NCBI GenBank assembly: GCA_022813965.1
Contig: JALDZS010000027.1
Span: 62,001 to 126,000 of the forward strand
Source: Toensbergia leucococca
Taxonomy: Eukaryota
DNA: 64,000 bases
Direction of reading: 5' to 3'
Position 1 is the stretch's first letter. Every line of letters begins with the position of its first letter. Shown here one piece after another: positions 34,525 to 46,230 of the stretch. The notes beneath the pieces were generated by a model. That model had not been told where the DNA came from. It ran no database searches and saw only the letters and a list, made by a program, of their open reading frames with translations. Made by a program: the position numbers and the translations under genes.

Positions 34525-37500
34525 ATGACAAGCGACCCACGATCCTCTGCTTCTTACGCGTACTATTCCTTTCCTCCTACCCCCAATAGGAACTCTCCGT
34601 CCTCGAGCGCAAAATCGAGTGCAAAGTCAAAGACACCCCAAACGGCACGCACGTCAAACAGCATGGCCCCCTCGCCTGCCGCTGGCAAAACTCCTGCAAA
34701 CCTACCCAAAACTCCTACCAAACTAGGCAAGAATCCTTCTTCGAACACCACCTCTAAACTCGGACAATCAACAAGTGCGGCCGACTCACCTAAGAATGCC
34801 GCCAAATCTGCAACAAGTACTCCTAAATCCACTGCCAAAAGCGCAACAGACAAGGCAAAAAGTTCAGCCCCTAAACCAGGCACCCCTAAACTTCCACCGA
34901 GGCCCAAGGACGCCGACGAGGCGACTTCTAAAGCGAAAGATGTCGCACCCAAAACCCCTGAACCTGTTGAAGATGTAAAAGAGCAAGCTGAGGAGAAAGT
35001 CCCAGAACCTGTAGAGGATGTTAAGGACAAGGCCGGTGATGTGAAAGAACAGGCCGAGGATGAGACTGAAGATACTAGCAACAAGATTGGTCTGCAAGAC
35101 AATGATCCAGCTGAAGACGAAGAGACCGATACTCCCCTGGGCAAAATCAGCCAAGCTGGAAACGAAACTGGTGGCGAAGAGGAAAGTTCTGTTGCGGACA
35201 ATGACCTTGAAGCCGCTTCTACCGATCCTGTGGACGACTCTGAGGAAACTGTTGGCGGCGCAACAGATGCCGCCGAAGACGCGGCTGACGACACCGAAAC
35301 ACCCGATGCCAAAGTATCAGATTCCGAAGACGCCGAGGAAGCCACCAATGGCGCAGCAGACGATGCTCAAGAGAAGGCTGGAGGTGCTTTAGGTGGTGCT
35401 ACAGGCCTCGCGGGCAAGGCTGCTGAAAAAGCAGGCGGAGCAAAAGACACAGCTGGTAAAGCAGCTGGGGGCGACGCCAAAGGTGCCGTCGAAGACGCCG
35501 CAGGTGATGCACAAGAAACAGCAGATGAAGCTACTGATGACGTCAAAGAAGGCGTTCCTGATGAAGCTGGCGAAGCTGTGGACGGCGTCAAGGATACTGC
35601 CGAGGACGGTGTCGAGGACGCAGTACCAGACGAGGCCGGTGACGCTGTGGAAGGTGTCAAAGATGCTGCCGAAGATGGTGTCGAGGACGCAGTTCCAGAC
35701 GAGGCCGGTGACGCTGTGGACGGTGTCAAAGAGACTGCTGAAGACGGTGTTGAGGATGCGGTGCCAGACGAGGCTGGCGACGCAGTGGATGGTGTCGAGG
35801 GAGCTGTTCCAGAAGATGCCGAAGATGCAATTGACGGCGTCGAAGATGCTGCTGGAGAAGCCACTGAAGAACTCCCTGTGGACTTGTCGGTTCTCAAAGG
35901 CCTTGAAGTTGGCGAAGGGGGGCAAGTGCTTGGTGAGGATGGTGAGCCATTAGGCCAACTCGACGAAGGTGATCCCGAAGACATGGTTGGTAAAACGATC
36001 GGTGATAATGGTGAAATTCTCGACGAAGACGGCGACGTGATTGGTCGCGTTAGTGTCTTGCCCGAGAAGGCACAGGAACTTGCCGACAAAGCCAAAGAAG
36101 CCGTTCCAGAACTCCCAGACATTAGCTGTCTTGAAGGTCTCGAGGTGGATGAAAATGGAGATATCATGGACGCAGATGGTCTGCCACTAGGCAAACTTAC
36201 GGAAGGCGAGGCAGCAGATCTTGTGGGCCAAACACTCAATGAAAAGGGCGAAATTCTTGACGAAGATGGGGACGTTGTAGGAAGGGCTGAAGTCGTTCCT
36301 GGAGAGGCTGCTGACAAATTAACTGCCGTGGAAGATGCTGTGGATGATGCTGCGGAGGAAGTAAAGCCTGATTTTACGCCTGACCTCACAATTTTGGATG
36401 GAAAGAAGGTCAACAAAAAGGGTGTAATCCTTGATGGTGAAGGCGAAGAGATTGGCAAGCTTACTGAAGATTCCGACCTTCAACAAAGCGCAGGGAAAGT
36501 ACCCAATGCTGATGGCGAAATTCTCAATGACGAAGGCGAAGTCGTCGGTAAAGTTGAGATCGTGCCTGGTGAAGCAGCCGAAGATGCGATGAAAGAACTA
36601 CATCCTGAATTAATGGAGGAGCTAAAAGATGCCGAAGACGGAGTGAAGCCCATAATCCCCGATTTCACAATCTTCGGAGGAAGGAAGATCAACAAGAAAG
36701 GCAATATTCTCGACGACGATGGAGAGCCACTTGGAAAGCTTACCGAAGATTCTGATCTTAAAAAATGTATCGGCAAAACTCCAAATGACGAAGGTGAGAT
36801 CCTCGACGATGAAGGTCAAGTCGTTGGCAGAATTGAGATTGTTTCGGGCGAGGCGGCCGACGAGGCGATGAAGGAACTCCACCCGGAATTACTAGAAAAG
36901 ATCGAGGACGCTGCTGAGGAAGCAGCACCGGACGCCCCGGTGGTAGAACTTCCAGAGGTCTCAATTCTCGAAGGACTAAAAGTCAATAAGAAGGGTGAGG
37001 TTCTTAACGAAGACGGCGAGCCCATTGCCAGACTTTCTGAAGGCGAGCTTTCCGACGTTGCCGGTAAGAAACTAAATGCTAAAGGCGAAGTACTCGATAA
37101 AGACGGAAACGTAATTGGCAAGGTCGAGCTTATCCCTGAGGCCTTTGGAGTTCCGGAACCTGAAGCTGCTCCTGATGCTGGTCTGCCCGATCTCTCCATT
37201 TTGGAAGGACTAAAGGTGAATAAGAAAGGAGAAGTTGTTAACGAAGATGGCGAACCTATTGCAAGGCTCACCGAGGGAGAACTTACCGAAGTTGCGGGAA
37301 AGAAAATCAACGAGAAGGGGGAGATTCTAGACAAGGAGGGCAATGTTATCGGCAAGGTGGAACTTATCCAGCCAGAGCCTGAAGAAGCTGCCCCAGAGGT
37401 TCCTGAAGGTCCAGATTTCTCGATGTTAGAAGGCCTAAAGGTTAACAAAAAGGGTGAAGTCATCAATGAAGACGGCGACGTCGTCGCAAGACTATCTGAG

Positions 37501-39817
37501 GGCGAGCTTACTGAAGTTGCTGGAAAGAAACTCAATGAGAAGGGTGAAGTTCTTGACAAAGAGGGTAATGTAATCGGTAAAGTGGAACTCATTCCCGAAG
37601 AGCCAATAGAGGAGGACACAGGACCAGAACTTCCTCCATTGTCGATTTTGGAGGGTCTGAAATGCAACAAGAATGGCAAGATTGTAAACGCCGACGGGAA
37701 ACCTGTGGGTGAGCTCATCGAGGGCGATCCCAAAAAATTGGCCAAGAGTGGCGCCGAGTGCGACGCTGAAGGCCAATTTTGGGATGGTAAGGGCAAAGTC
37801 ATCGGCAGAGCCCAAACCTTACCTTATGAAGATGATGAAGTTGAAGCGCCATTCGCAGGTCTCGAAGGTCTCGTCGTTGTTCAAGATGGCTTCGTCGAGG
37901 ACGAAAATCAGAACAAAGTCGGTGTTATCACAGAGGGTGACCCCAAGAAGCTTGTTGGCAGAGCAGTGGATGAGGATGGCGATGTTATCGACAAACGTGG
38001 TAATGTCGTTGGACACGCCGAGCGCTATGAGGAGCCTGAGCCCGATGTTATTGAAGAGGAGAAGCCCGACTTATCGATACTCAAAGGACTCGTTGTCAAC
38101 AAACAAGGCAATGTTATTGGACCTGACGGTGTACCGATTGCACGTCTTGTTGAAGGAAATGTCAAGGAACTCGCAGGCAAGAAATGCGATGGAGAAGGTC
38201 AAATCTGGAACGACGCTGGCAAAGTTATCGGTCGCTGTGAGCTTATTCCTGAGAATGAGCGCGAGGAAAAGGCAGAGGGTATATTCGCTGGCTTGGAAGA
38301 TCTTGTCGTTGTCAAGGGCGGCATGGTGGAGGATGGAGACGGTAACACTGTTGGACAGGTTGTGGAGGGCGATCCCAAGCGACTGGTAGGTCGTGCCGTC
38401 GACGAGGATGGAGACATAATTGACAAATATGGTAACGTAAAAGGCCACGCTGAGCCATGGGAGGAAGAAGAAGTTCCCGAGGATGACCTTTCGTCGCTGG
38501 AGGGTAAAGTTGTCAACAAAGCCGGCAACGTTGTAGACGAACACGGTACAATTTACGGTCGTATCGCGGAGGGGGATCCAGCGGCACTGGCCGGCAGAAA
38601 AGTCGACGGACAAGGCCAGATATGGAGTGACAACGGTAAGGTAATTGGCAGAGCCGAGCTCATTCCAGGCGGAGCGAAGAATGCCCCCGAAGGACCCTTC
38701 GCTGGATTCGAGGGCCTTGTTGTTGTGAAGGATGGTCTTGTGCATGACGCCTCTGGCGAGATCGTTGGTCGTCTGGTCGAAGGCACCGATGCAAAGAAAT
38801 GCCTTGGCAGAAAAGTTGATCCAGACGGCGATGTTCTCGATGGCAACGGCAATAGCATGGGCAAAGCAGAACGATGGGAGCCAGAGGAAAAGAAGAAGGA
38901 GATCAATCCTATGTCCGGACATAAAGTTAACCAAGACGGCGAGGTTCGTGATGATGACGGGAACCTTATCGGCAAACTCACTGCCGGCAACCTCGCCACT
39001 TTGATTGGCAAGGAAATTGATGACAACGGTTACGTCGTCGACAATGAAGGCAATAAGATCGGGGAGTGCACATTGATCGAAAACATTCAGGAAGAGGAGC
39101 CGGAGGAGGAGGAGGAGCCAGAAATGACTGAAGAGGAGATTAAAGCGGAAGAGGAAAGGCAGATAGCCATCAAGATGAACGCCATCTTGCAACAGACTTT
39201 GGATAGAGTTCAACCCATCTGCAAGCAAATCACAGATGTACGTATTTCTCCATGCGAGCCCTTCCAATTATGTACTAACGAGATCAAAGCGCATGGAAAC
39301 CGCCGACCGAACTCCCAAGGATGAGCTTGACGAAGAGCAGCTCGTCCAAGATGTCAAGCCCATGATCGAAGAAGCCGGCCGCCACCTCCAGGAATGCAAC
39401 GGCGCACTCCGAGGCCTCGATCCAGACGGTCATATTGCAGCTCAGGCCAAGGCCAGGGCGGCATCGGGCGAAGCGACTCCCGAAGAGCATCGTGTGGCCG
39501 AGTCACTGAAGGACCTCACCACTACTGTGGTCAAAACTATTGACGATGCAAAGAAGAAGCTTAATGATATGCCACATGCGAAGAAGGGTCTCAACCCGCT
39601 ATGGGGCTTACTGACTGAACCTCTCTTCCAAATCATTGCCGCTGTAGGTCTCTTACTGGCCGGTGTCCTCGGTCTTGTCGGCAAATTGCTCAGTGGTCTC
39701 GGTCTCGGTGGTCTCGTCAATGGTCTTCTCGGCGGCTTGGGCATTGACAAGTTGCTCGGAGGTCTCGGGCTAGGCTCCATAACAGATTCTTTGTTCGGCG
39801 GAAAAAAGAAGAAGTGA
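34525..39817 (+). CDS. Large acidic repeat protein ('LEA domain' / DUF3659 repeats) with hydrophobic Gly/Leu C-terminus
   Basis: Many LEGLKVNKKGEV.NEDGEPIARL.EG...GKK.NEKGE.LD..GNVIGKVEL units; intron 39238-39289; C-terminal LWGLLTEPLFQIIAAVGLLLAGVLGLVG. Start may be 34525 or 34663. Confidence 0.9.
35550..35850 (+). repeat. Coding tandem repeat, 69-bp (23-aa) unit GVEDAVPDEAGDAVDGVKDTAED x ~4
   Basis: Unit starts at 35608 and 35677 are 69 bp apart. Confidence 0.85.
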
Positions 39818-40536
39818 GTGTGAATGTAAAGTAGCGTAGGCAATTGTGGGTTCAAAGATGATGCAATGAGCGTTTTTTGGGATCTGAAAAGTATCTTTTA
39901 TTCTTGTATGTTGTCGGCATGTACTTTTTTTCAGCGTCTATTTTATTTAGGTCCTCCCTGTATATCAGACTAATATTGTCCTTCCACTCAATTTTCGTTC
40001 ACAATCTCGAGCGGAGAATTGACAGGAGTGCTTTTTGCGTAATGCACCTTTGTCGATTGCTAGACCCACTAAAGTCATTCCTAAACGGCGTGGTCAACGT
40101 TAAAAACCCGATTGCAGTGATTGCGTGGGCGTGAACAATATGTCAGGAAACCCTGAGTGATTGAGATTGCATCGTTGTAAACCTCGATTTGTGGATAGGA
40201 TTATAGTGCTTCAATTGACCTTAAGATATCTCTAGCAAGACCTGGAGGTAATTTGTACGTGAGGTAGTCATATACAATGCTAAGGTAACAAGGTACGGAT
40301 ACGTGAGGAACGTTTGACTATCTCTCTCTCTCTTCAGACCTCAAATCAAGAAAATATCTATTAAAATCTCTTCACTGCTAATATCAACTACCTTATTTAA
40401 CAATCCATTTATTGTGTTCAGAGGTGCGAGTCAGGCGAGAAATGCCTCGAAGAAGCTCTGCTGTCCACAGCTCCCGACATGCAGAAGACTAAAGGCCTTG
40501 TGAACAATACAACTTCTTGGAAAGTCATTCCGATAA

Positions 40537-42201
40537 TCAATCACCCTTTCGCCAGGCCCCTCCGTTCGCTGCAAGTTTCTCAACGCTTGCAGCACCTTGA
40601 GCTGCCTTCTCAGCGGCTTTGCTCTGGTTTGGTGCTGGTTTGTCAGTAATTGTGAGACAATTGATGCCCAAGTAAGCACAGATGCTGTTGATAACCAACA
40701 GTGCCCATCGGAAATAGACGACGACAGCAAAAACAAAGTACGCCCTTAGATACCATAGCTCTACGAGAGCACTAACCGCTGGTAGACCTACTCGTGGTAG
40801 GTTGCCAAGTATAGCCCCTCCAACCAATGGAACAAGCATAACTGTCCAGTATGGAAAAGGCTGCCGTGTAAGATGTGCTAGAATTATTTTAGTAGTCATG
40901 CGTCCAAACACAAATGACATGGTCAGGCAGAACAAGACCAGCCGATTGTCCCGCATGAGTGTCGAGTAAGGCGAATAAAGCCACAGGCCAATTGATCCCG
41001 TGTACGCAACTATGGGTGTCCACTCCATGAAAACAGGAGCTACGGGTAGATTGTGTGCACGGCGTGCTTTGACCACGTTGTAAACGCATGCCGGCAGATG
41101 GACAACGAATAGAGAAAACAGTAGACTCGGGATCCAGATATCAATGAAAGTATGAGTGCCGAATATCTCTGGATATCCGACAAGATCGGTTAGATGACGA
41201 GTCCATATTTCAGGCCCATAGTAGCCTGAAAGAATCATGGTGGTACAGGCAAGGATCAGCCCCTCTGATGAAAGCATCAGCATTGGATTGAATGACAGAC
41301 AAATGAGGCAGTACCTGTAGGTCCGTTGAAGTATCCTAGATACAATGTATGCGTATGGTACGTCTCCCATGTAGAGAAGAACATCGGTAAGCAGGGGATC
41401 AAAGCAGTGAAGACTCCTTTCGGAGTAGGGCCAAGTCCCATGGCGCCAGTCTCACATAAGCTGGCCAGCGTGCAATTCAGCGAGTCAATGCCATGGCTGA
41501 TCAGTCATCAGTGCACGAGCAGTTGCAATTGCCAGTAATGGGAACATACTCGAAGAGCTCTCCCAATCCACTGGACTGTCCTGTTCTTCGCGCTTGCTTG
41601 CCGTCGATATTATCCATAGTCGAGTACCTATCTCGCGAGGGTTGTCAGTCCCTGATCTGTGGGTCTCCTGATAATGTGCGGCTCACATCCACAAGCCAAA
41701 TGCAAAGCTATAGTATAACCATGGCGGGCCCTACTACTTAATTCAGTACCTTCAACGGACCACATATCTTCGAGGACAAGGAACAAAAAGGAATCATCTT
41801 ACCGGCCCAACTAGATCTGGCATAAACAATTCCAGGCAGCTGACATTTCCAAGTATGAAGAAGAAGCCTAGCAGGGTAACCATGTTCGGGGCAAGCCATA
41901 ATGGCAGTAACTTGACAAAGGCGTTCCACTATAATATGATTTCTGCTTTAGCATCTTTCAGGAGTATTGCGGTTGGAGATCGTACGTAGTGCTGAAGAAT
42001 GTATTTTGAGATCAAAGATCTGTCGATGCTTGAATATTTGTAGGATTTCAAATGCACAAGCGCTTCTTCCGAGACACACTCGTGGGCAGCCGTTGTTTCT
42101 GTGAATATCGAGAGAGTCAGCCCCCGATTCTACACAGAGCAGTCGAAGACGTATCCTAGGACTTTAAAAGATGCAGCGGGATCTATCCTACCTTTGGTCA
42201 T
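40537..42201 (-). CDS. CPT1: Diacylglycerol choline/ethanolamine phosphotransferase
   Basis: [28 protein letters not shown]-alcohol phosphotransferase motif [28 protein letters not shown]-terminal [12 protein letters not shown]; multiple short introns. Confidence 0.92.
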
Positions 42202-42985
42202 ACTCCCCGTACTCAAGTCCAATGGATTTCGGGTTGTATCTTCGTCCTGACGATGCAACGGCAGGAGCGGCATCGACAAGAAGGTGGGTACAGGTTCAGA
42301 ATATCATCTCGACAGGAAATAGCTTGTTTCACGTAGTGGAGTCGTGAAAGGCGTTTAGAACAAGCTGAGGGAACGTCCTGACAGTTACCTTACCTACCTG
42401 TTCTACTGCGTTGGCAACATGGTCCGTGCACCAACATGTTTAAAATACGAGTATTCTATTTATTCTACGCCGGCTAACATATTCTACAATACATTTGAGG
42501 AAGCAGACGAAGGAATACTTCACATTCTTCAGTGGCACTTACTCCTGGCGGAATTTAGTCAAGCGTGGATCTCAAGCAACACGTTTGAGTACGGCATTAG
42601 CTTATCCATTCCTATTATCCCAAGACCAGAATAAATAGGCTACCTTGTGTCCCATTCCAACCACAGTTTAGGATGGATAGGGGAAACAGAGATTTACACT
42701 GGTCTTCATACGAAAGCATAGAATTTTCCTAAATCCCTACTCGGGAAAGACCGTCCAAGCTATTTCCTCTATAGGATGTTGTCCGTCTGGGATCCATCTA
42801 TCATGGTCCAATATTGGTGATATACCAAGTCACGCCGAGACGCACCAGATCTAGTTCTAACCCTTTCACACGAAATCTCGGGCGAGCTCAATTCCTGCGA
42901 TGAGGATTATTGACCTTGGTGTAGAAAACCAAAAGCTTGTACTAACACCCTTGGTAAAATTCTGATAAACTTCCTTTCGGTCGTT

Positions 42986-44084
42986 TTATGACCCGATTAC
43001 CCCATGAGACGCCTCCAGCCTCGTTGGCAGCTCGATTGCAGTGATTGCATTGCCGATCTTGACCTTAAGCGTGTTGACCTTGACACGCAGAGCCAAGATC
43101 TGCTTAGTGTCCAGATTCTCCAGAGCATCAAATATATCTCTAGAAGGTGGACTCAGGCTCCAGGCGATACTAATATGAAAACAACAAGTCATGTCTGGTC
43201 CACTCTGTCTCCTCACCGATGGGAGTTGATCAATGGAGGATGATGATATGTCAAATGCATTGTTCTCGTGAGTAACATCCTGCTCCAGCTTACCAGAGCG
43301 ACCACGACTCGAAGATGGCTGCGAGTCTTTGTAGAGTGGGGGCTGCCCAAAGGCTTCCGTGACTTCATTCGATACTCGTAGGAGCCCGCTCAAGCCACCA
43401 CTGGAAGTCTTCTTGACCCTCAGGACCAGAAACCATCGAGTCTTTTCATAATTAGCAACCCAATTCAATCGTGTCATTGAGATCTCGAATCTGGAACCTC
43501 ATCAGTGCGTCACCTTCCCGCTCCTTATAAATAGCAGGACCTACGGGCGTATACCGGAAGCTTTAGTTTTACTCATGAGAGACTCAAGGAAGGATTGACG
43601 ACGATCAGTAACGAGTACGATTGGTCGAGAAAGACTGATGTGAAGGGGCAGCTCAGCCCTAAGATCACTCTCCAACAGGCTATGCACATGGAAGTCTGCA
43701 ACATCATTTCCCTTATTCACTTTGAATAGAAAGGCACGCAGATGGCTCGACTCTTCTTGAGAAGGATGCCCTCGATCACTTTAGCCGGCGTACAACGAAA
43801 ATCCACCGGAGAATCCAAGAAATTGACTCACACTCTATGTAAACATGAGTAGGCCAATTTCCTTCCACATGTGGAGTCATCCGTTGACGTCCACCATGTA
43901 AATCCGGGTCGTCTTGGTTGCTGAGCCTGGTGGTTGAAGCGTATAAATCATGAAATGATTGTGGTAAAGGAGGGAGATCAGGGTCAATTGTCTCAATGTA
44001 TTTCCTCTTGCGTGCACCAGCCTTGCCAAGCTGTCTATCGCCATCATTCGAGCATTCCGAGTCCGAGTAATCCACCAAGGCCAT
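42986..44084 (-). CDS. USB1: U6 snRNA 3' phosphodiesterase Usb1/Mpn1
   Basis: MALVDYSDSE, DDPDLHGGRQR..PHVEGNWPTHVYIE|W, two 2H motifs (LHISLSRP, FHISIAW); two introns. Confidence 0.92.
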
Positions 44085-44380
44085 CCTTATTTCTCAATTA
44101 ATAAATGGTGATATTGAGAACTCTAGATTTGTTTGTGGAATTTTAGCGCGTGACATTAAACCGTTCGGGCAGAACTAGCCGGGAGCGGGGCACCGGGGCT
44201 GGTGGTGCCAGTGATGGATGACGTCGGGTTGCATTGAATCGGCCAGGAACCACGCGGCAAGCAACATCACCTCAATCAGCCCCATCGAGTTACGAGTACA
44301 TAGTCGAGCTGATTCCTGTGTATTCGAGGATTACAACTACTTCTCTCCTATCGCTTCTACATCTTCTAAAATCCGACCAA

Positions 44381-45618
44381 ATGGAAACCTCAGAGGATAA
44401 GCAATGGGTAAGCTATAGTAAATCCCTCTGACGAATTTCGTACACATCTTCGTTCTGTATCGCCTGCCTCGACCTATGCTGACGCGTTCTCTAGGCATCC
44501 AAATATCTCCTCGACCCTCTCACAGCTCCAGAACCCAGCCAAGAGACCGGGCCAGGTACACACTATAATTCCACTTTCGGCAACATGAAAGATCGCTCTA
44601 CTTCCGGTGTGACCAACCAAAAGTCCGGTCCTTCTGCCCACGTTCGACAATTGAGCAAGAGCAACCGCAACGGATACCCCTCACCTCCAGCTTCGGTTTC
44701 CCCACGGCAAGATCAATTCTCTCACCGACGCGAGGCATTTCCTCCTGCCTATGATGGAGCCAACTCACAGCGACGAAGCCTGGACCAAGCGTCCTCGGAT
44801 ATGATAACGTCCACCAACGGTCGACGGCGAGTCAGCTCATTAACTTCCAGATTTCCTGGCGATCAATCCCACCGGCCGCTAGACATCATCAAAAGAGACG
44901 CCAAGCTAGCAAATCGAGCCCCTCATCTTCGCAAAAACCACACTGTCGGCCCAGACACCATTGACAGCCTGGACAATGTTGTTGGTGCTTATCACCACGA
45001 AGGCCCCTTTGATGCGACGTTGCTTGCTCGAAATACCTCGCTCCTGAATAGTCCTGTTGAAGCTGTCAGTGGAACCAACGAAGAGGCACTCAAGGCTACA
45101 CCGAGGGAGAAGATCATAGACAGCCTTGAAAGGCATCGACCTTTGGACGGCGTTGCGGTCGTTCCACCAGGAATGACTGATCAAGCTGGACGAACCTACA
45201 ACTATCGAGAAGGCGCGAACATGATGATTGAGGATGGCGGAAACTACAAGAGATGGCCTGGCGTAGTAAGCCCCCATCTAAGATACCCGATATATCGATA
45301 CTTTGCTAACTTTACGCGTAGAAATACCTACCGGAGGACATCAAAGGAAAGGGCGAGCCATCGTATTCTTTGGAGAAAGCCCTGCACGACGACAAGGGAC
45401 ACCGTCGTATCGTGTCTGACGGCAATTCTGCAATTGAAATGACATCTCGACCGCGAAGCTCCGATGATGGAGTTCAACCCAGCAGCAACCAGCAGAGTTA
45501 TGGTGAATGGGAAAATGAAGTGGTTCGCAGCAAGACGACTGGGAGCAAAGGTACTGGGTTGTTGCGGAAGCGCATTGGAAGTCTTCGGAAGAGCAAAAAT
45601 GCAAGTGGTGTCGCATAG
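44381..45618 (+). CDS. PAL1: Pal1 cell morphology / endocytosis protein
   Basis: EDKQW|ASKYLLDPLTAPEPSQETGPG, RFPGDQSHRPL, DTIDSLD...YHHEGPFDATLLARN, DIKGKGEPS; introns from 44408 and near 45266. Confidence 0.88.
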
Positions 45619-46230
45619 TCAATTTTTGACAATCACCAAATGGCTATAGTGAATTTAGCGTACGAGGTGGATTATTATGCGCATACAATTTTCCATGATA
45701 TCGATGTTGAGAGGAGAATTGATAGCACATGGAACAAATAGACTCGGACGTTGATTTAGGTGCTTCGAATTAGGGTTTCGATGAATAATAGCCCTACCGA
45801 GCTATTTCTCTACAAAAACAAGCTAATGCTTGTTGCAATCCTGGGATTTTCCTTTGCGGTTTGCCTCTGCGAATCATCCTTTGTCGAGGTTATTGTGAAC
45901 GGCTTCCAGCTTGTATAACTTACTCGTTGTCATAGCAAACTAAAAAACGCTAAAAAGGTAACAGTTCGAAAAAGAAAAACATCACAAGCCCAGATATGCG
46001 TTTCTAATACAATAACTCAGCATCTACGCACAATTGTCCCCTTTCCCAACCAAGAATGTGGGCATCGAACCCCTTCAAGAAAAATCAATAGACATCAAAC
46101 CTCAGACTGACTCTACCTCCCGGACTATCAAAAAGCCAACCGATTCGTCTCACGAACATGCTTTCCCCTTCTAGTAGAAACTATCTTCTAGTCTGTGCTC
46201 CACCCCGTAGAAAACCACAAAGAACGTGCA

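Noticed and set aside
34563..39267. Long antisense ORFs (261-398 aa) opposite the repeat protein
   Set aside because: Shadow frames of a repetitive, codon-biased gene; S/P/T-rich with no domain.
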